From Camelus ferus (Eukaryota), in NCBI RefSeq assembly GCF_009834535.1, contig NC_045696.1, positions 121,646,001 to 121,710,000 on the forward strand: DNA of 64,000 nt, given 5' to 3'. Position 1 is the first letter of the stretch. Each line of letters opens with the position of its first letter. The notes under the pieces were generated by a model. The model was not told the origin of the DNA and did no database searches. It saw nothing but the letters and a program-made list of their open reading frames with translations. The translations under genes and the position numbers were made by a program. Shown here piece by piece: positions 1-14,240 of the stretch.

Positions 1-799
1 TTTATTTCATGCCTTGCCGATTACCAAGATTACCAAGACCCCACAGGGTTATTTTCTGTCTTGATTTCCTATAAACTCTGTGAGGTTGCAGGGCAGCATG
101 AGTTAGCAGTAGTGGTGAATTATCATTTACTGAGTCTCCATTCACAGTCAGGCACCATAAAAGCGACGAACAACAATAGTTAACATTTGCTGGGTTTTTT
201 ACATCCCAGACATTGTTACAAGTGCTTCCTATGAATGAATTTATTCCAAGAAGCTTCTGCTCTAGCTCGTAAAGCCAGATGTAGCCACTGAGGTGTCCTG
301 CTGACTGGGGTCAGGGACCTCTTAAAGATGGGCCGTTTTCCTGTAAAGGCTAAACCTAGCCATGTGTTTGCACATCCTGTGGCACCCCATCCCCTGACCT
401 GGTGGTAGCAGACAGAGCCTGACTGGAAGCCGACCTGGAACCAGTTGTTGCAGATTCTCAGAGGTCCGTACAGCTGTTGGTTGGCTTCAGCACAACCAGA
501 GGCCCGATGGAGTCAGGTCTAGACTTTGTGTCTCCTGTGTGACTAAATCGTCTCTTAACCCAGGGGAGTGACACAGAGAGACAGCATCTCAACTGAACCA
601 GGTCTGTCCTCGGAGCCCCAAACTAAGAGATGGGAATAGGTCCAGGACTGGGGGCTTCATCTCATTAGGTTTCTCCCAAGGGGCAGTCCACATGTAAGGA
701 CTCCAAGGCCAAACCGAAAGGGTAAGTTAGCAAGCCAGGAGGCAAGGGCTGCGTTATAAACCGGGGACTGAAGTGTGGGGCTGGGCACTGAAAAAGCAG

Positions 800-1970
800 A
801 CTGTATTAGTCATGTTCCTTCCTCTTCTATTTCCTGGAAGAGTTTGCGAAAAATTAGTACTCCTTATTCTGTAAATGAAGAATTCACCAGAGAAGCCACG
901 TGGGCCTGAGATTTTCATTGTGAGTATTTTTTTTTAATTACTAATTCAGTCCCTTTACTTATTGCCCAGGTCAGACATGCTGCTTCTTGATTTCATTTTG
1001 GTAATTTGTGTCTTTCTAGAGATGTGTGCATTTTACCTACGTTATCTAACTTACAGGCATACAACTGCTCATAGTATTTCTTTAACATCCTTTCTTAAAA
1101 TTTCTGTCAGGTTAGTGTTAAAGGCTGAATGTTGTGTTCCCCCAAAATTTATCTGTTGAAATCCAGCCCTCAGTGTGGTGCTGTTTGGAAGTAAAACTTT
1201 GGTAATTAGGTAAGGAGGGTGGCGCCCTCATGAATGGGATTAGCACCCTTTAGAAAGGCCAAACAGCGAGCACTCTTTTTCTGCCATGGGAGGGTGCAAG
1301 AAGCCAGCGGTCTGCTCTCACCAGAACCTGGCCATGCTGGCCACTGACCTCAGACTTCCCAGCTTCTAGAACTGTGAGAAGGAAATTCTGATTTCTGATA
1401 AGCCACCCAGGGTGTGGTCTTTTGTTATTAAGCAGCCTGAGCTGACTAAGATAGCAATAATGTCTCCTCTTTCATTTCTGATATTAGTAATTTGAGTTTT
1501 CTCTTTTTATTCTTGGATAATCTAGCTAAAGTTTGGTCAATTTTGTTGATCTTTTTAAAAAGATAACTTTTGGTTTCGTTGACTTTTCTCTACTGTTTTT
1601 CACTTTTTCGTGTCATTAATTTCCACTCTAGTCATTATTATTCCCTTTCTTCTGCTTATTTTAGGTTTAGTTTGCTCTTTGTTTTTCCAATGCCTTCAAC
1701 TGAGAGATTTCAGATCTTTATTCTTTTCTAATACAGGCATTTTACAGCTAAAAATTTCCCTCTAAGCACTACTTTAGCTGCATCTCACAATTTTTGTATG
1801 TTATGTCTTCATTTTCATTCACCTCAAACTATTTTTAAATTTCCCCTGTGATTTCTTCTTAACTTACTGGGTATTTAGATGTGCTGCTCAATTTCCACAT
1901 GTTTGTGAGTTTTCCAAACTTCTTTTTGTTATTGATTTCTAATTTAATTCCTCTGTGATCAAGAACATAT
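800..1970 (-). mobile_element. Old L1 ORF2 fragment (antisense), interrupted by an MaLR LTR
   Basis: T-rich antisense ORF2 motifs (e.g. ttgttgatctttttaaaaagataacttttggtttcgttgac; ttgatttctaatttaattcc). Confidence 0.85.
1117..1452 (+). mobile_element. ERVL-MaLR LTR (MLT1A/MST-like) inserted in L1
   Basis: Contains ctgaatgttgtgttcccccaaaattt...gccctcatgaatgggattag...cttcccagcttctagaactgtgagaa...gcagcctgagctgactaaga. Confidence 0.85.
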
Positions 1971-1999
1971 TTTGTACAAAATTAATTTTAAAACAAATA

Positions 2000-3320
2000 T
2001 TTTACAAAAGTTGACTGCTTTCCTATATGTCAACAATGAACAAGTGGAATTTGACATAATGTCATTTACATTAGCACTCCCCATAATGAAATACTTAGGT
2101 AAGAATCTAACAAAAATATGTCCAAGATCTATATGAAGAAAACTACAAAATTCTGATGAACAAAATCAAAGGAAAACTATAAATGAGGACATGTTCCACA
2201 TTCATGAATAGAAAGATAATATTATCAAGATGTCAGTTCTTCCCCATGTTATCTGCAGTTTCAATGAAATCACAATCAAAATCCCACCAAGTTATTTTAT
2301 GAACACGGACAAACTGATTCTAAAGTTTTCTATATACTCAGAATAGCCAATACAATATTGAAGGAGAAAAGAATAAAGTTGGATGACTGCTGCAACCTGA
2401 CTTGAAGATTTACTATAAAGCTACAGTAATCTAGACAGGGTAGTACTGGCAAAAGATAAGACAAATAAATTAACAGAACAAGATAGAGAGCCCAGAAACA
2501 GAGCCCCATAAATCTCTGGCAATGGGGAAAAGGCAATACAATGGAGTAAAGACAGTCTCTTCAATAAATGGTGCTGAAACAACTAGAAATTCGTGTGCCA
2601 AAAAATGAATCTAGACAAGATCTTAGGCACTTCATAGAAGTTAACTCAAAATAGATCTTAGACCTGAATGTAAAATGCAAAAATATAAAATTCCTAGAGG
2701 ATAACATAGGAGGAAATGTAGATGTTCTTGGGTGTGCCGATACCTTTTTAGATACAATACCAAAGAGACAGTCCCTGAAGGAAATCATTGATAAACTGGA
2801 CTTCACTAAAGTTAAAAACGTCATTAAAATTAAAAGCTCTGTGAAATACAATAGCAAGAGAATTGGAAGACAAGCCACAGGCTAGGAGAAAATATCTGCA
2901 AATGACATATCTGATTAAGGACTTTTATCCAAAATGTACAAAGAACACTTAAAATTCAACAGTAAGAAACCAAACAACCCAATTAAAAAGTGGGCCAAAG
3001 ACCATAACAGACACCTCACCAAAAAGATGCACAGATGGCAAATAAGCACATGAAAAGATGCTCCACATCAAATGTCATTGGAGAAATGCAGATTAAAACG
3101 ACAGTGAGATACCTCTACGTGACTACTGGAATGGCCAAAATCCAAATGAATGGGTAAAGCTCGGAGGACTTTTAGGACAGTGAAAATAGTCCACATGAGG
3201 TTAAAATAATGGGTACATGTTATTATATATTTGTCCAAACCCACGGAATGTACACCACCAGGAGTGAATCTTGAGGCAAACCATGGACTTTGGGTGATTC
3301 TGATGTGTCAGTGTAGGTCC
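2000..3320 (+). mobile_element. L1 ORF2 3' part plus L1MC-type 3' UTR piece
   Basis: Degenerate ORF2 motifs (aaactacaaaattctgatgaa; tcttcaataaatggtgctg; atgaaaagatgctccacatc), then ttgtccaaacccacggaatgtacaccaccaggagtgaa. Confidence 0.85.
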
Positions 3321-3324
3321 TGCT

Positions 3325-4110
3325 TGGTAAATTAAACAGACAGACAGATACTGGTTCCTGCTAATATTTGGTCTTTGACCCCAGTTCCTGACACAAAGTT
3401 CCTGAATCTCTTGTAATTTCCCGGGTGATAAGAGCATCTTTTATTCTAATCAGGCAACTCTTGATGGGCTCCTGGATGGGACTGGTCACCAGGAAGAGCA
3501 AGCCATGATTAGAAGCTCGGAACTTTGAGTCCTACCTAACAGTTTCCAGGAAGAGGAAGAGAACTAGAAATTGAGTTAATAATCTGTCATGCTTATATGA
3601 TAAAGTCTTTGTTAAACTCCCTAGACTGTAGGGTTTGGAGAACTTCCGGGTCGGAGACCACATTCAAATGGCCAGAGGGTGACTCACCCGAAGGCCACAG
3701 AAGTGTTTGTGCCCAGTCCTTGCCTGTGTATCTCTTCATCTAGCTGCTTCTCTTTGTCCTTTATCATGTCATTTACTATGTGATAAATCAGTATATGTTA
3801 GTGTTTCCCTGAGTCCTGGGAGCTGTTCTAGCAAGAGGTCAGGGGAACCCTGGTTTATAGCTGCTTGGTCAGAAGTACAAGTGGCAGCTTAGGTCTTGTG
3901 ATTTGCCTCTGAAGTGGGAGCAATCTTGTGGGACTGTGCCCTTAATTTGCAGAATCTGATATTAACTCTAGGTAGATAGTGTCGGAACTGAATTGAATTT
4001 CAGGACAATCAGCTAGTGTCGGAGGGTTGGTCAGTGTGGGGAAAACCCACACACCCAGCATCAGAAGTGTTGTGAGTGTGAGCAGAGAAATGACAAAGAG
4101 TTTTTCCCTA
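3325..4110. mobile_element. MER21-like LTR
   Basis: atttggtctttgaccccagttcctgacac...ggtcaccaggaagagcaagccatgattagaagct resembles the MER21 consensus as recalled. Confidence 0.7.
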
Positions 4111-5696
4111 TCCACAAGTCTAATTGTGTTGAAGCATCCTCATGTCTGTGGAGGCTTACTCCACACTTTCTAAGCCATTTTAAGGGGCTATCATGTCATA
4201 ACAAGGTCCAACCCCATAATCAAACCAATCAAACCTCGACATTCAGACAGTGTTACCTCTACGCCCTTTAATGGGTGGATTTGCCTGTTTACTTTGCACT
4301 GCCGTAACTCGACTCCCACCTGCCAACCACCAGATATCACAAGGGCAGTGCTGGGTTGTGTCAGACACAAGGGAACACTAGGGATGAAATGGGGTAGCCC
4401 AAAGCAGCCTCCAAACAGGACTTCCCCAGCCGACCCCTCCCCCTGTCCACAATGGTTAAGAGGGAATATGTGGAATTCTAGAATTATGCTGACCCTGGCC
4501 AAAACCCCAATCATTCTTTAGTTAGTAGTATGACTCTGAATCACAGTAACTCCTTGAACTTCATGAGCCCTGCCTATAAACTGGAAATAAAAACACCTTT
4601 ATTACAGGCTTGTTGTCGGTACGAAATAATACACAGGTACAAACGAGCTTCAACAACAGTAGAGTGATGCATTAACGTTAACAGTCATTGCCTTATGCCT
4701 CATAGATCCACCACCTTGACCTCAGCCAGTGAGGAGAGGCTACACCCCCCCCCCCCCATGAAATTAAACAGTAATTCACAAAGGATGAGAAGAAAAGGGC
4801 TTCCAATCAATTCTACTTCTATGGGGAAAAAATAAAATCAAACCCATCCCAAGCTTCCAACTTCTTATGTTTGAAAAGTAAAAAGTGTGCTTCAGGGCAC
4901 ACCCCTCCCATTTCAGAGTGAATCATGTTGCTAGTCACCAATAGTAAAATCAAGCTCAAAGGGAGGAATGCTTGGTTATTCTTTTCAGCATTGGAAAGAT
5001 GAAGCACTTAATTATGCATTCTGTAATTAGTTTGTAATCCTCACAAAAGAATGAGGAATGTTAATGGTGGCCGCATGCTGTGCGGAGAAGGAGCGGCACA
5101 TTTGATATTCAAGGGTCATTCCATGGAAGGGGTTCACTGTCACCAGCTTTGTTCAACTATAAAGAAGTCCCCAAGGCAGCTCTCATTGGCACAGTGAGGG
5201 TGGAGAAGGAAGGGACGCTTCTTTACATACTAAGGTTGGCCAAGGTCATCATCTAGGGAGTTTATTGCTTAATTATATCAATTTTGTGGTGCTGTTGGTC
5301 ATCGACTGAGTCAGAGACCAGGGATGGTGTTGAGATGACATTTTTGTGTTGGACAGCCCCAGGAGTCATGGGGGTTGATAGCCACGTTTGTATTGTTCAT
5401 TTCTGCTCGAGTTATGCATTCCTCCCAGAACTGGTTCCCTTGGATAGCAAGCTGTTACCAAAAGCATTTCAAATTCAAAGGACAACAGAGCATGGTGAAG
5501 GTGATCAGGACCAAGAAGCATGCTCTCTAGACCAAAGACCAAGCAATGGGGGTGTAATCATGCTGCAGCCAGTGATTCATTCAGTGGGTGCTGGACAGTC
5601 CTCACCCTCAGGAAGAGGAGTTGATTTTCTGTGCAAACCATCAAGTGTGACTTACGTTCCAATATGGCGGGCCCCATCTGCTCGCATAAGCAGGAT

Positions 5697-6170
5697 ATTG
5701 GGTAGATTGTTCGCAGATGTCGCCCCCGTGATTCCTCTCCCTGCTTCCACATCCATTTGCAAGGTGATTTGGCAGTTCCTCCCATCAATTGCCTATTTCC
5801 TAGTCTTTCGGGACTGAGCTGGACTTGTACTTGGTTTGGCCAAGAGAACACAGCAGAGGTGACTCTGTACCAGTTTTGAGCCTACACCTCAAGACCTTAC
5901 ATTCTTTTTCTTGGAATCCTGCCAAGTCACCATGTGACCAAGCCCAGGGCAGCCCTCTAGAGGATGGAGGACCACTGGCCCAGTCACCTCACACTGCAGC
6001 CACCAGCCAGCAAACCCCAGAAACAGAGCCTCTTAGCTGACCAGCAAGTGACCACAGGCACACACGTGACCCCAGCTATAACCCTGCCACCCCCAGAACT
6101 GTAAGCTAAATAAACAGTGGTTGTTTGAAATTATAAAATTTCAGGATAGTTAGGTGTACAACAAAAGCTC
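5697..6170 (+). mobile_element. MLT1-family MaLR LTR
   Basis: Contains gatttggcagttcctcccatcaa...cccagaactgtaagctaaataaacagtggttgtttg. Confidence 0.6.
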
Positions 6171-7029
6171 CATGGAGAGACATACCCATAGAAGACCCAC
6201 TCTGGGGGCAAATGCTCTTTGCAAGATGATGCCGGAGAAACAGAAAGCAGATGGCTGCTGAGGGACAAGTGCAGACACTAGTCAGAGGTCAGGTCTGGAA
6301 TGAGAGCCCCCTCTTAGCCCTCCACAGAGCCCCAACCCCAGTGACAAGTCTTGTTCTGCCCACCTGGGTGAGCGTGAGCCCCAGCCTCTGCGAGTAGCTT
6401 GGCAGGTCTGGAAACAACCCAACTCCACAATCACCCACCCCTCCTGGTGCTCAATGTCCCTGTTCCTCTGGCCAGATTTTGCTCCTGGCCTCAGTTCCCA
6501 CCATCTACCTGCCCCCGTCTGTCCCAATAATCTGATTCAGCTCAACATGTTTCTCCTGCTCTTCCCTTGCTCTGTCTCATGATTTCTGGCTTCTGTTCAC
6601 ATCACCGGACAGGAAGTGCTCACCCAAGGTCACTCCTAGCCTCCTAAGTGCCCCCCCCAATCCCCATTCAATGATTCTGTCTCCATTTTCCTCTTATTCA
6701 ATATCACTGCAGTACTTGACCTTGTCCTCTGTGACCTCCTTTTAAGAGAGCTTCCTTAGGAAGGTTTCCAAAAGCATTATGTTAAAGAATCCTTTCACTC
6801 AAGAAAGTCTCAAGGCTTGAACATGATTTTAGTGAGAGAATTGCACCCTCAGGATCATTCTCAAATGACAGCAGGATTGTGGGCTCCAAAGAGAAGGCTG
6901 TGATGTGAAAAAGGTGGTAAAGATGTGCTGTGTGATTCTCTATATTCATAGCATGTTCCAAGCCAGGTCTATTTTTTTTTCAAAGGCATCATTGCCTCTA
7001 AAAAGGTAGACAGTGGAATCAAAAGAACT

Positions 7030-7315
7030 CAACTCACAGACATAGAAAACAAATTTATGGTTACTAGGGGGAAATGGGGTAGGGAAAGATAAATAAGGAG
7101 TTCGGGATGTGCAGACACTACTACTAAACATAGAATAGATAAACAATAAGGTCCTACTGTACAGCATTGGGAACTATATTCAATATCTTGTAATAACCTA
7201 TAATGAAAAAGAATATGAAAAAATATATGTATGTATATGTATGACTGAAGCACTATGCTGTGCACCAGAAATGGATACAACATTATAAACTGATCATAAT
7301 TCAATTAAAAAAAAC
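7030..7315 (+). mobile_element. L1 3' end (5'-truncated, camelid/artiodactyl type)
   Basis: actcacagacatagaaaacaaatttatggttac...tgtacagc..gggaactatattcaatatcttgtaataacc, ending in an A tail. Confidence 0.9.
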
Positions 7316-9169
7316 TCAAGACTAGGATTCAGGAGTTCAGCACTGAGTCTCAGATCGGCCAGGTACCAGCAGTCCACCTTTGTCAGCTGCTTAACATGTT
7401 TGGACCACAGTCCACTGACTGTGAAATGGGAGCAATGATCCAACTGTCAACTCCCGGAGAGCAGAGATCCTTTGTCTACTTCTTGGTACCCCCAGAGCCT
7501 AGCACAATGACTGTGACACAGTAGGTGGTCAATAAATGTTTCAATGTTTGTGAACTGGATTTTCAAAGAATGAATGAGAGCTCTGCGGTTTACATATATA
7601 AAATCACAAACCCTAATGGTATCACCACCACATCCCCAGATGCCAAACCCACCCGAATGCAAGTTCCCCATTGGGATCTTATCCACCCACAGATTTGTTC
7701 TTGATGGTCATGTGAACACTTTTCCCCTGGCTGCGGCAGACAGCAATGGAGAAAACCATGAGCTGAAGTCAGCACCACCGGAAGAGCTTTTTTTTAAAAG
7801 CCAGGATTCTGGGGTCCTGCTCTCCCAGAATCTGATGTGGAAGGACTGAGTTGGGGCCCAGGAGGTTTTTTTATATCACTCTCTCCAAGTGATTCTGATG
7901 CTGATGGTCTTTTGTCCTGATTTAAGAAACACTGCCCTCACCCTCCAAAAGCTTACATTTTCTTCCTGAACCTTCCCTCCCACCTGCCCCCGGAAGGGCT
8001 CCAGGCTGAAGGTGCCTACTCTGATGGTCTTGCATCCTTCACCCTCTCAGCCCAGACCCAAGACTTCAAAGGCACCTAACTGCTCTGCTGCGCAGAGAGC
8101 ACTGGGTTTCTGGCCTCTGCAGGGGGCTGGGTTCGGCCCCAAAACAGTGATTCCCAGCTTGTGGAGACGGCTTAGCGAGATGGGCCCAGTCCCCTGGGAA
8201 GTTATGAGTCAGAGCGTCTTTCTGACTCTAAAAGTGATCAACAAGCAGAACAGAGCCTTTGAAACACTGTCTTCCCCCAGAGCAAAGAGATGGACGTGCA
8301 TCTGTTTAAGTTAGGACCGTTGTCATGGAAACTCCCTATTTTGAGGGTATGAGGAAGCAGCAGCACTTTCCCCACTGAAATGGACAAGCCCTTCCTAGAG
8401 CTTCAGAGGCTTGATGTGTCTGAAACGCATGTCTTGGCTGATAGACTGGACATCCAGATGTGTTTAAGGCTCCTCCAAATTTCTCCCCTCTCGTCTGCCA
8501 GAGGCCTTAGGGCTTCAGAATATTCCACATCTTTTCCAATCCCAGGCCCTGTTTAAACGCAAGAGAGACTGAGTTGACCACCCTCTTTCTGTGCAGCAAA
8601 TGAGTTTAAAAATATAAAAACACACAAGCCTTTAGTGGATTGCATCACCTTGGTGAGAATAGTCAAGGACCTCCTTCTCTGACCCCAGGGTGTAAAGGAA
8701 AGAGGAAACCTGGCACCAGGCTGCAGATGACCGCAGTGGGATCCTAGGGAGGTTGGGTCCTCGTACCTAAATTGTCTGAAGCAAAATTTTTAACGAGGCC
8801 CCCTGCCTAAGCCAGCGTGTCTCCTTCTGCTGCCTTTCCCTCCTTCCACCCGGCCCCTTACAACCCTAACATTTGGAAAAAGTGTCACAAAGCCCTTCTG
8901 TTGAAGAAAGCACGTCTGCCTCGGGGTCCGCAGCAAACTTCTTCTTAAAGGGCCAGACCATAAAGATCTTAGGCACAACCACTGAACTCGGCCATCGCAG
9001 TGGGAAACCCGTCACAGACCACAGGTAAGTGAAGCAGCACGGCCGTGTCCCGGTAAAAGCTCATTTCCTAGAAGGTGTGGCTGGCTGCATGTGGCCCGTG
9101 GGCCACAGTTCACCAAGCCCTGCCTTCCGGGAGGCTGAGTGACGCCTGCCCCGCCCCGGAGTCTAACGC

Positions 9170-9545
9170 ACTCACAGCTCTAGGCACTGGCAACTGTGGA
9201 GGCTGAGTGCTCTTGACTGAGGCCCTGTTTGGGGCCTGCTCTCAGCTGAAGACAGACGCCTGGCCCAAGGTCCAGTCTGTCGGCTTAGAGGGGGCCCGCA
9301 TCCAGGCACTGGTGATGGGGAACGTGGGGGCCACATCCATCTGACCCGATCCAGGATGGCTCTGAAAGGCCCTCCTGGCTTCAGAGCCCCTGGGACATGG
9401 ACAGAGGCCTCTGGTGTGAATGCATCACAGTACAGCTTCTCTGTCTTCCCACTTCTCCTCTCCTCCTCTGGTCCTGCAAGCACCGCCCTGTAAACTGAAT
9501 GCACTCAAATCTCCAAGGCAGACTCAGCCTCCCCAAAAACCCAAC
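9170..9545 (+). mobile_element. LTR16-like ERVL LTR
   Basis: Contains ctcagctgaagacagacgcctggcccaagg...gcccgcatcc...ctctgaaaggcc...taaactgaatgcactcaaatctcc. Confidence 0.6.
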
Positions 9546-10096
9546 TGGCGGCAGGCACTGTGCCTTTCCTTTACCCCTGGCCCCCACCAGTGGGCTTACC
9601 CACACCTGGCTGGCTCCTGTGCCCACAGCTGACCAACAGGACCTCAGGGACACAGTTCATCCAGCACGGATGCTCCAACCATTGCCCACTCAGGCCGCTA
9701 CTCACAAGTGATTCCCAATGTGCCTCATCTGGAATGCAGATTCCAAGTCCCACACCTAGATACCATGTTACAGTAGGTCTGGGGTGGGTCCTGGGGTGGA
9801 ATCCATACACTTAGCAAGCATCCACAAGCACCACAGGTGATTCTAAAATCAGTGGTGCTGAGCCATTCATTGAGGAGACAGCACTACACTTTACTTGCAC
9901 ATAGTAGCTGCTTCATAAATATGGATTAAAGAGATATTTCTAAGCACTTACCCTAAGGGAGCTATAATACAAAACATATGGTTATGTCTGGATATTGTTA
10001 CATACAAGATATGCAAACAACAAACTAAGAACAACTAAATCAATATATACACAATCTGAATTGTACATTGAACTGCAAAAGTATCTCTTCCTTGAA

Positions 10097-10642
10097 GTTA
10101 CCTAATGTCCATCAACAGATGCTGGATAAAGAAGATGTGATGTGTGTGTATATATATGTGGAGTACACAACGGAATACTACTCAGCCATTAGAAAGAATA
10201 AAATAATGCCATTTGTAGCAACATGGATGGACCTAGAGATCATCATTCTAAGTGAAGTAAGTCAGAAAGAGAAAGAAAAATACCATATGATATCACTCGT
10301 ATGTGGAATCTAAAAAAAAAAAAAAATGACACAAATGAACTTATTTTACAAAGCAGAAACATACTCACAGACATAGAAAACAAATTTATGGTTACCAGTG
10401 GGGAGAGGGGCTGAGAAGGGATAAATTGGGAGTTTGGGATTTGCAGATACTGACTACTGTATATAAAATAGGTAATCAGCAAGGACCTACTGTATAGCAC
10501 AGGGAACTATATTCAATTAGTCACATATAATGGAAAAGAACATGAAAAGGAATATCTGTATGTACATGCATCACTGAAACATGATGCTGTACACCAGAAA
10601 TTGATACATTGTAACTGACTATACTTCAATTAAAAAAGAAAA
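10097..10642 (+). mobile_element. L1 3' end (ORF2 C-terminus plus 3' UTR)
   Basis: Translates as EYYSAIRKNKIMPFVATWMDLEIIILSEVSQKEKEKYHMISL, followed by the L1 3' UTR and an A tail. Confidence 0.92.
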
Positions 10643-11615
10643 ACTTATCCAAAGCAAATGTAACCCAGGCTACTGCTTCTGGTTCTTTTAGAAGAAAGAT
10701 ACTCCCATTTTTCTAATTGGGACTGTTACCTGTGCTTTTTCACTCTGGTGATGGCTTTGTGGACCTCAAGACGACCAGCTGATAAGCATGAACCCTATCC
10801 CCCTCATTAGACATCAAAATGAGAGGACACAAAAGCATGTAAGGTTTGGGGAGGAAATCAGACGGAAACTTGTGTAATTTGATTTTACAGACTTCAGAGA
10901 AACCAACAGGATAGAATTTAAGATAGAGATTCATAAGTTAGCAGCTAGAATTCTCTGCTTGTATTCTCCATACTTCCACAGTGTCAAAAGAAACTGCTCT
11001 CTATGGAACTAAGGGACACGGGTGCCTAAGACCTATTTGCTTTGCCAGCCTGAAAATGAAACCATTGATATCAAAACGCAGAAACAGGCAGCCACACGCT
11101 GGCAACTGTCAAATGCCCCCACGCCTTGATTTGGGCTCTGTGTCTTTGGAAAAGTTTTTGGGGTGACCTGATGGGTGATCTAGCAAAGCTGGCAATTAAG
11201 TGGATCCTGTAGAGCAGGGATGACTTCTCAGGGGAGCTCTGGTTCAGCTTGCTTAAACCGACTATCTGCAGGTATCCTGTAAGAAACAGTGATGGCACAA
11301 AATGCAGGTGATTCATGAAAGGGAAGAAATCTGGGCCACATGTCGAGATCGTGTCATTAAAGTTTCAGATGTTCAGAAATGCAGGAAGGCTGCTGTGTGG
11401 ACAGCGTGGGTCTCATTAGCGTGGAGCTGAATTCATCATCATCCCTACTGACCTACCACGGAGCTGAAAGTGCCGTCTCACGCACAAGCCGTGCGCCGGT
11501 GCCTTATGCCTCCTGGTGATTATCTTGCAAATCTTACTTGCCTTTTTGCAATTTCAAGCTGTGATATTTAGTTTGCTGCAATTTATTTTGCTGCTGAAAT
11601 TTTCCCTAACATGTC

Positions 11616-11703
11616 TTTTTTTTTTCAGTGGAGGTACTGGGGATTGAACCCGAGACCTCCTGCATGCTAAGCATGCGCTCTACCACTGAACTGCATCCTC
11701 CCC
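11616..11703 (-). mobile_element. Vic-1-type tRNA-Ala-derived SINE
   Basis: Head GGGGAGGATGCAGTTCAGTGGTAGAGCGCATGCTTAGCATGCAGGAGGTCTCGGGTTCAATCCCCAGTACCTCCA plus A tail. Confidence 0.85.
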
Positions 11704-12065
11704 ACTCTGAAGTGTCTTTCGTAGAAAATTCAAAAGTAAATGTTAAGTATCTGCAAAATAGGAGCAAATTTTTCATAGGTAAAGCTTACCTCACAAGAGC
11801 ATCTCAAAAAAAATTCTTTTGTTTTTTGGGGTTTTTTGCTTTTCTTTTCTTTCTTTCTTTCTTTTTTTTTTTTTTTCAGGGAATGGTATCCATAAAAAAG
11901 AGAAAAAGGTGACAAAAACCCAGGTCTTCAAATCCAGCACTCAGAGCCACAGGTTCATGAGCAAGAAGGGCAGAGGGAAAAGCTCAGAAGATGTAGTTTC
12001 TTTACCATGGGTTTTGGTGGCTTAAAGCACAGGGATCTGTTAGCTGTGAGAAGCCATTGCCCCAA

Positions 12066-12262
12066 GCAGAGGTCAGCCAACTATGACCCGTGGGCAGAAT
12101 TCACCCCACCACCTATTTGGGGGAATACAGCTTTATTGGACCCCGGCCACATTTGCGCATTTAAGCACTGTCTATGACTTTTCACACTACAAGGACGGAG
12201 ACGCGTAGTTGTGATCTAGACTGTGTGGCCCACGAAGACTGAAACATTCACTATCTAGGTCT
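12066..12262. mobile_element. MER58A-like hAT DNA transposon
   Basis: cagaggtcagccaactatgacccgtgggcagaattc...gactgtgtggcccacgaagactgaaacattcactatct. Confidence 0.75.
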
Positions 12263-13133
12263 AGAAAACAGGAGGAGTGTTTCTGCTGCTGTCCCAAAGG
12301 CTAGAAGCAAATGTCCTCCCTGGTCTTCTTAGCTCAGCATCTAGGATTCATCCCCTCAACGGCAAGAGCAGCCAAGGAAGGAGAGACCCAGGAACCTCTG
12401 CACCCGGAGGTTGGGGCACCCCACTCCAGACCCAGAGTAGAGTGGCGGGGTCACCCAGCCTGGGCTTTCTCAAGGCAGGAGGCCTCTCTCAATGAGGCTG
12501 CAGCTCCAATCAGCCCTCCCAGGAGAAAAGGATGCACTAGAAGAGCCTAGGAAGGACACACCCCAGTGAACGAACGGGCGCGGTAACTAGGATGACTTCT
12601 TGTCACGCTTCGTATTTCCCTCCTCAATTCCTCATAGCTAAGCATCTTCCCCACCTCAGACAGAGCATTACGGTCCATACTTCATATTGTCTTTTGTCTC
12701 CATCTCCCAAAGCATGAATATTTGCTATACCTATATTAACAGCTATGTGCAAAAAGGTAAGAGATGGAGCAACTTCAAAAATTTCCCCTTTCCCCTGTCC
12801 ATGCCCAAAACGATTCTTCCTCACACCACGACCCTGTGACCAGCTGGCTGTAACCCATCACATTAGCAGTCCTTCTTATGAGGGTGGGCTTCTGTGTGTG
12901 TGTGTTGCACTGGGGGCAGAGGGGAAGGGGAGGATTAACTACCCTCCCCCTAGAGGCCAGCTCTGGTTATTTCTCTACCTGCCTTGGTATCAGAAATTGT
13001 TCTGAAAAATAAAGGTCCAGTGAGAGATGTCACTCATTCCATGGCCATCTTAAAGATGTGCTATGCACATAGAAGAAGAAAATCTCTAAGAAACAATGCA
13101 ATTGAGAAACCTGTTTAACTTTATTTAGCCCTG

Positions 13134-13490
13134 TGTATTAGGCAGCTATCGCCACAATAGTGCCACATAACAAACAACCCCCCCCAAAGTCTGTGGCTTA
13201 TGGCAAGCAATTACTCTGACACTCACGAATCTGTGGGTTGACAATAATTTGGCTGATCTAGGCTAGGCTCAGTTGGGCACTTTTGTTTCAGGCTGAAGAC
13301 TGGCTGTATGGGTTTGGGCTGTACTGTTGGGCTCAGGTCAGCATCTGCAGTTCTCATGCCAGGACCCAGACTGAAAGAGCAGCAGCTGACCAGGGGACAC
13401 TCGTGCACAGACACATTAGAAGCTTCTGGTCATGTCAGGTCTGCTAACATCCCGCTGGCCAAAGCAAGACACATGGCCGCACCCCAGTGC
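13134..13490 (-). mobile_element. MLT1-family LTR fragment
   Basis: tgtattaggcagctatcgccacaatagtgccacataacaaacaacccc...ctaacatcccgctggccaaagcaagacacatggcc. Confidence 0.6.
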
Positions 13491-14240
13491 AAGGCACTGA
13501 CTCTGAGGCCATGGCTTAACCTGGGTGTGGAATTCTACTACCTCCTGACATTCCGTCAGCTCTCTGGAATTCCTTCCATCTCACTGTGACCCCACCAATG
13601 TTTCAATGATCATCCCAGCAGTTCCCAACTTTGTTCTGAGCAGAGGACTCTCTTCTGATGCCTATCTACCAAAATGATTTCCGTGGAATGTGCTTTGTGC
13701 TAATCTATACCCAGTTGACTAGATGCATAACCGTAGAATGAGGCTTGCTTTTCAAACACAGTGCACACAAGTACAAGAAAACACAGGAATCTCTGAGTCC
13801 CCATCCTCTCTAAATAGGCATGTGCTTTCTTTATACAGAGTTGGCAGGAAGAATCTGTCAGACTAGCCTCACACCAAATTTGAAAACTTTTCCAAGACCA
13901 CACGAGGAAATGACACAAAAATCCTTTGCAGATTCCGTGTTCTCCTTTTGGGTTTGCAAAGCCATGCCTTTGCTTCTTGTAGCTGTTGTCAGGAGATTGG
14001 TGCTGACTCATGGGAGTATATTTACTACAGTGATTCTCCAACTTTCCACCTCATCAGCAAGTCCTGGGAATCCAGCCCGGAAGCCGGAGCTGGACTGTGC
14101 AAGGGATGTCAACTTCTTTATCATCTGTTTGGCCCTCAACTTCAAGTTCTAAGACGTAGCATCCGAGGGAAAACAGAATTGAGAGGCAGGTCGACAATCC
14201 ATACTGTCAAAAGAATTAGCGGATTAGAAAGGCGGGAAGT

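Noticed and set aside
5284..5817. Longest unassigned ORFs (177 aa here; also 30543-31070, 46601-47122, 48431-48940)
   Set aside because: No recognisable domains, non-ATG starts and partial overlap with repeats; such ORFs are expected by chance.
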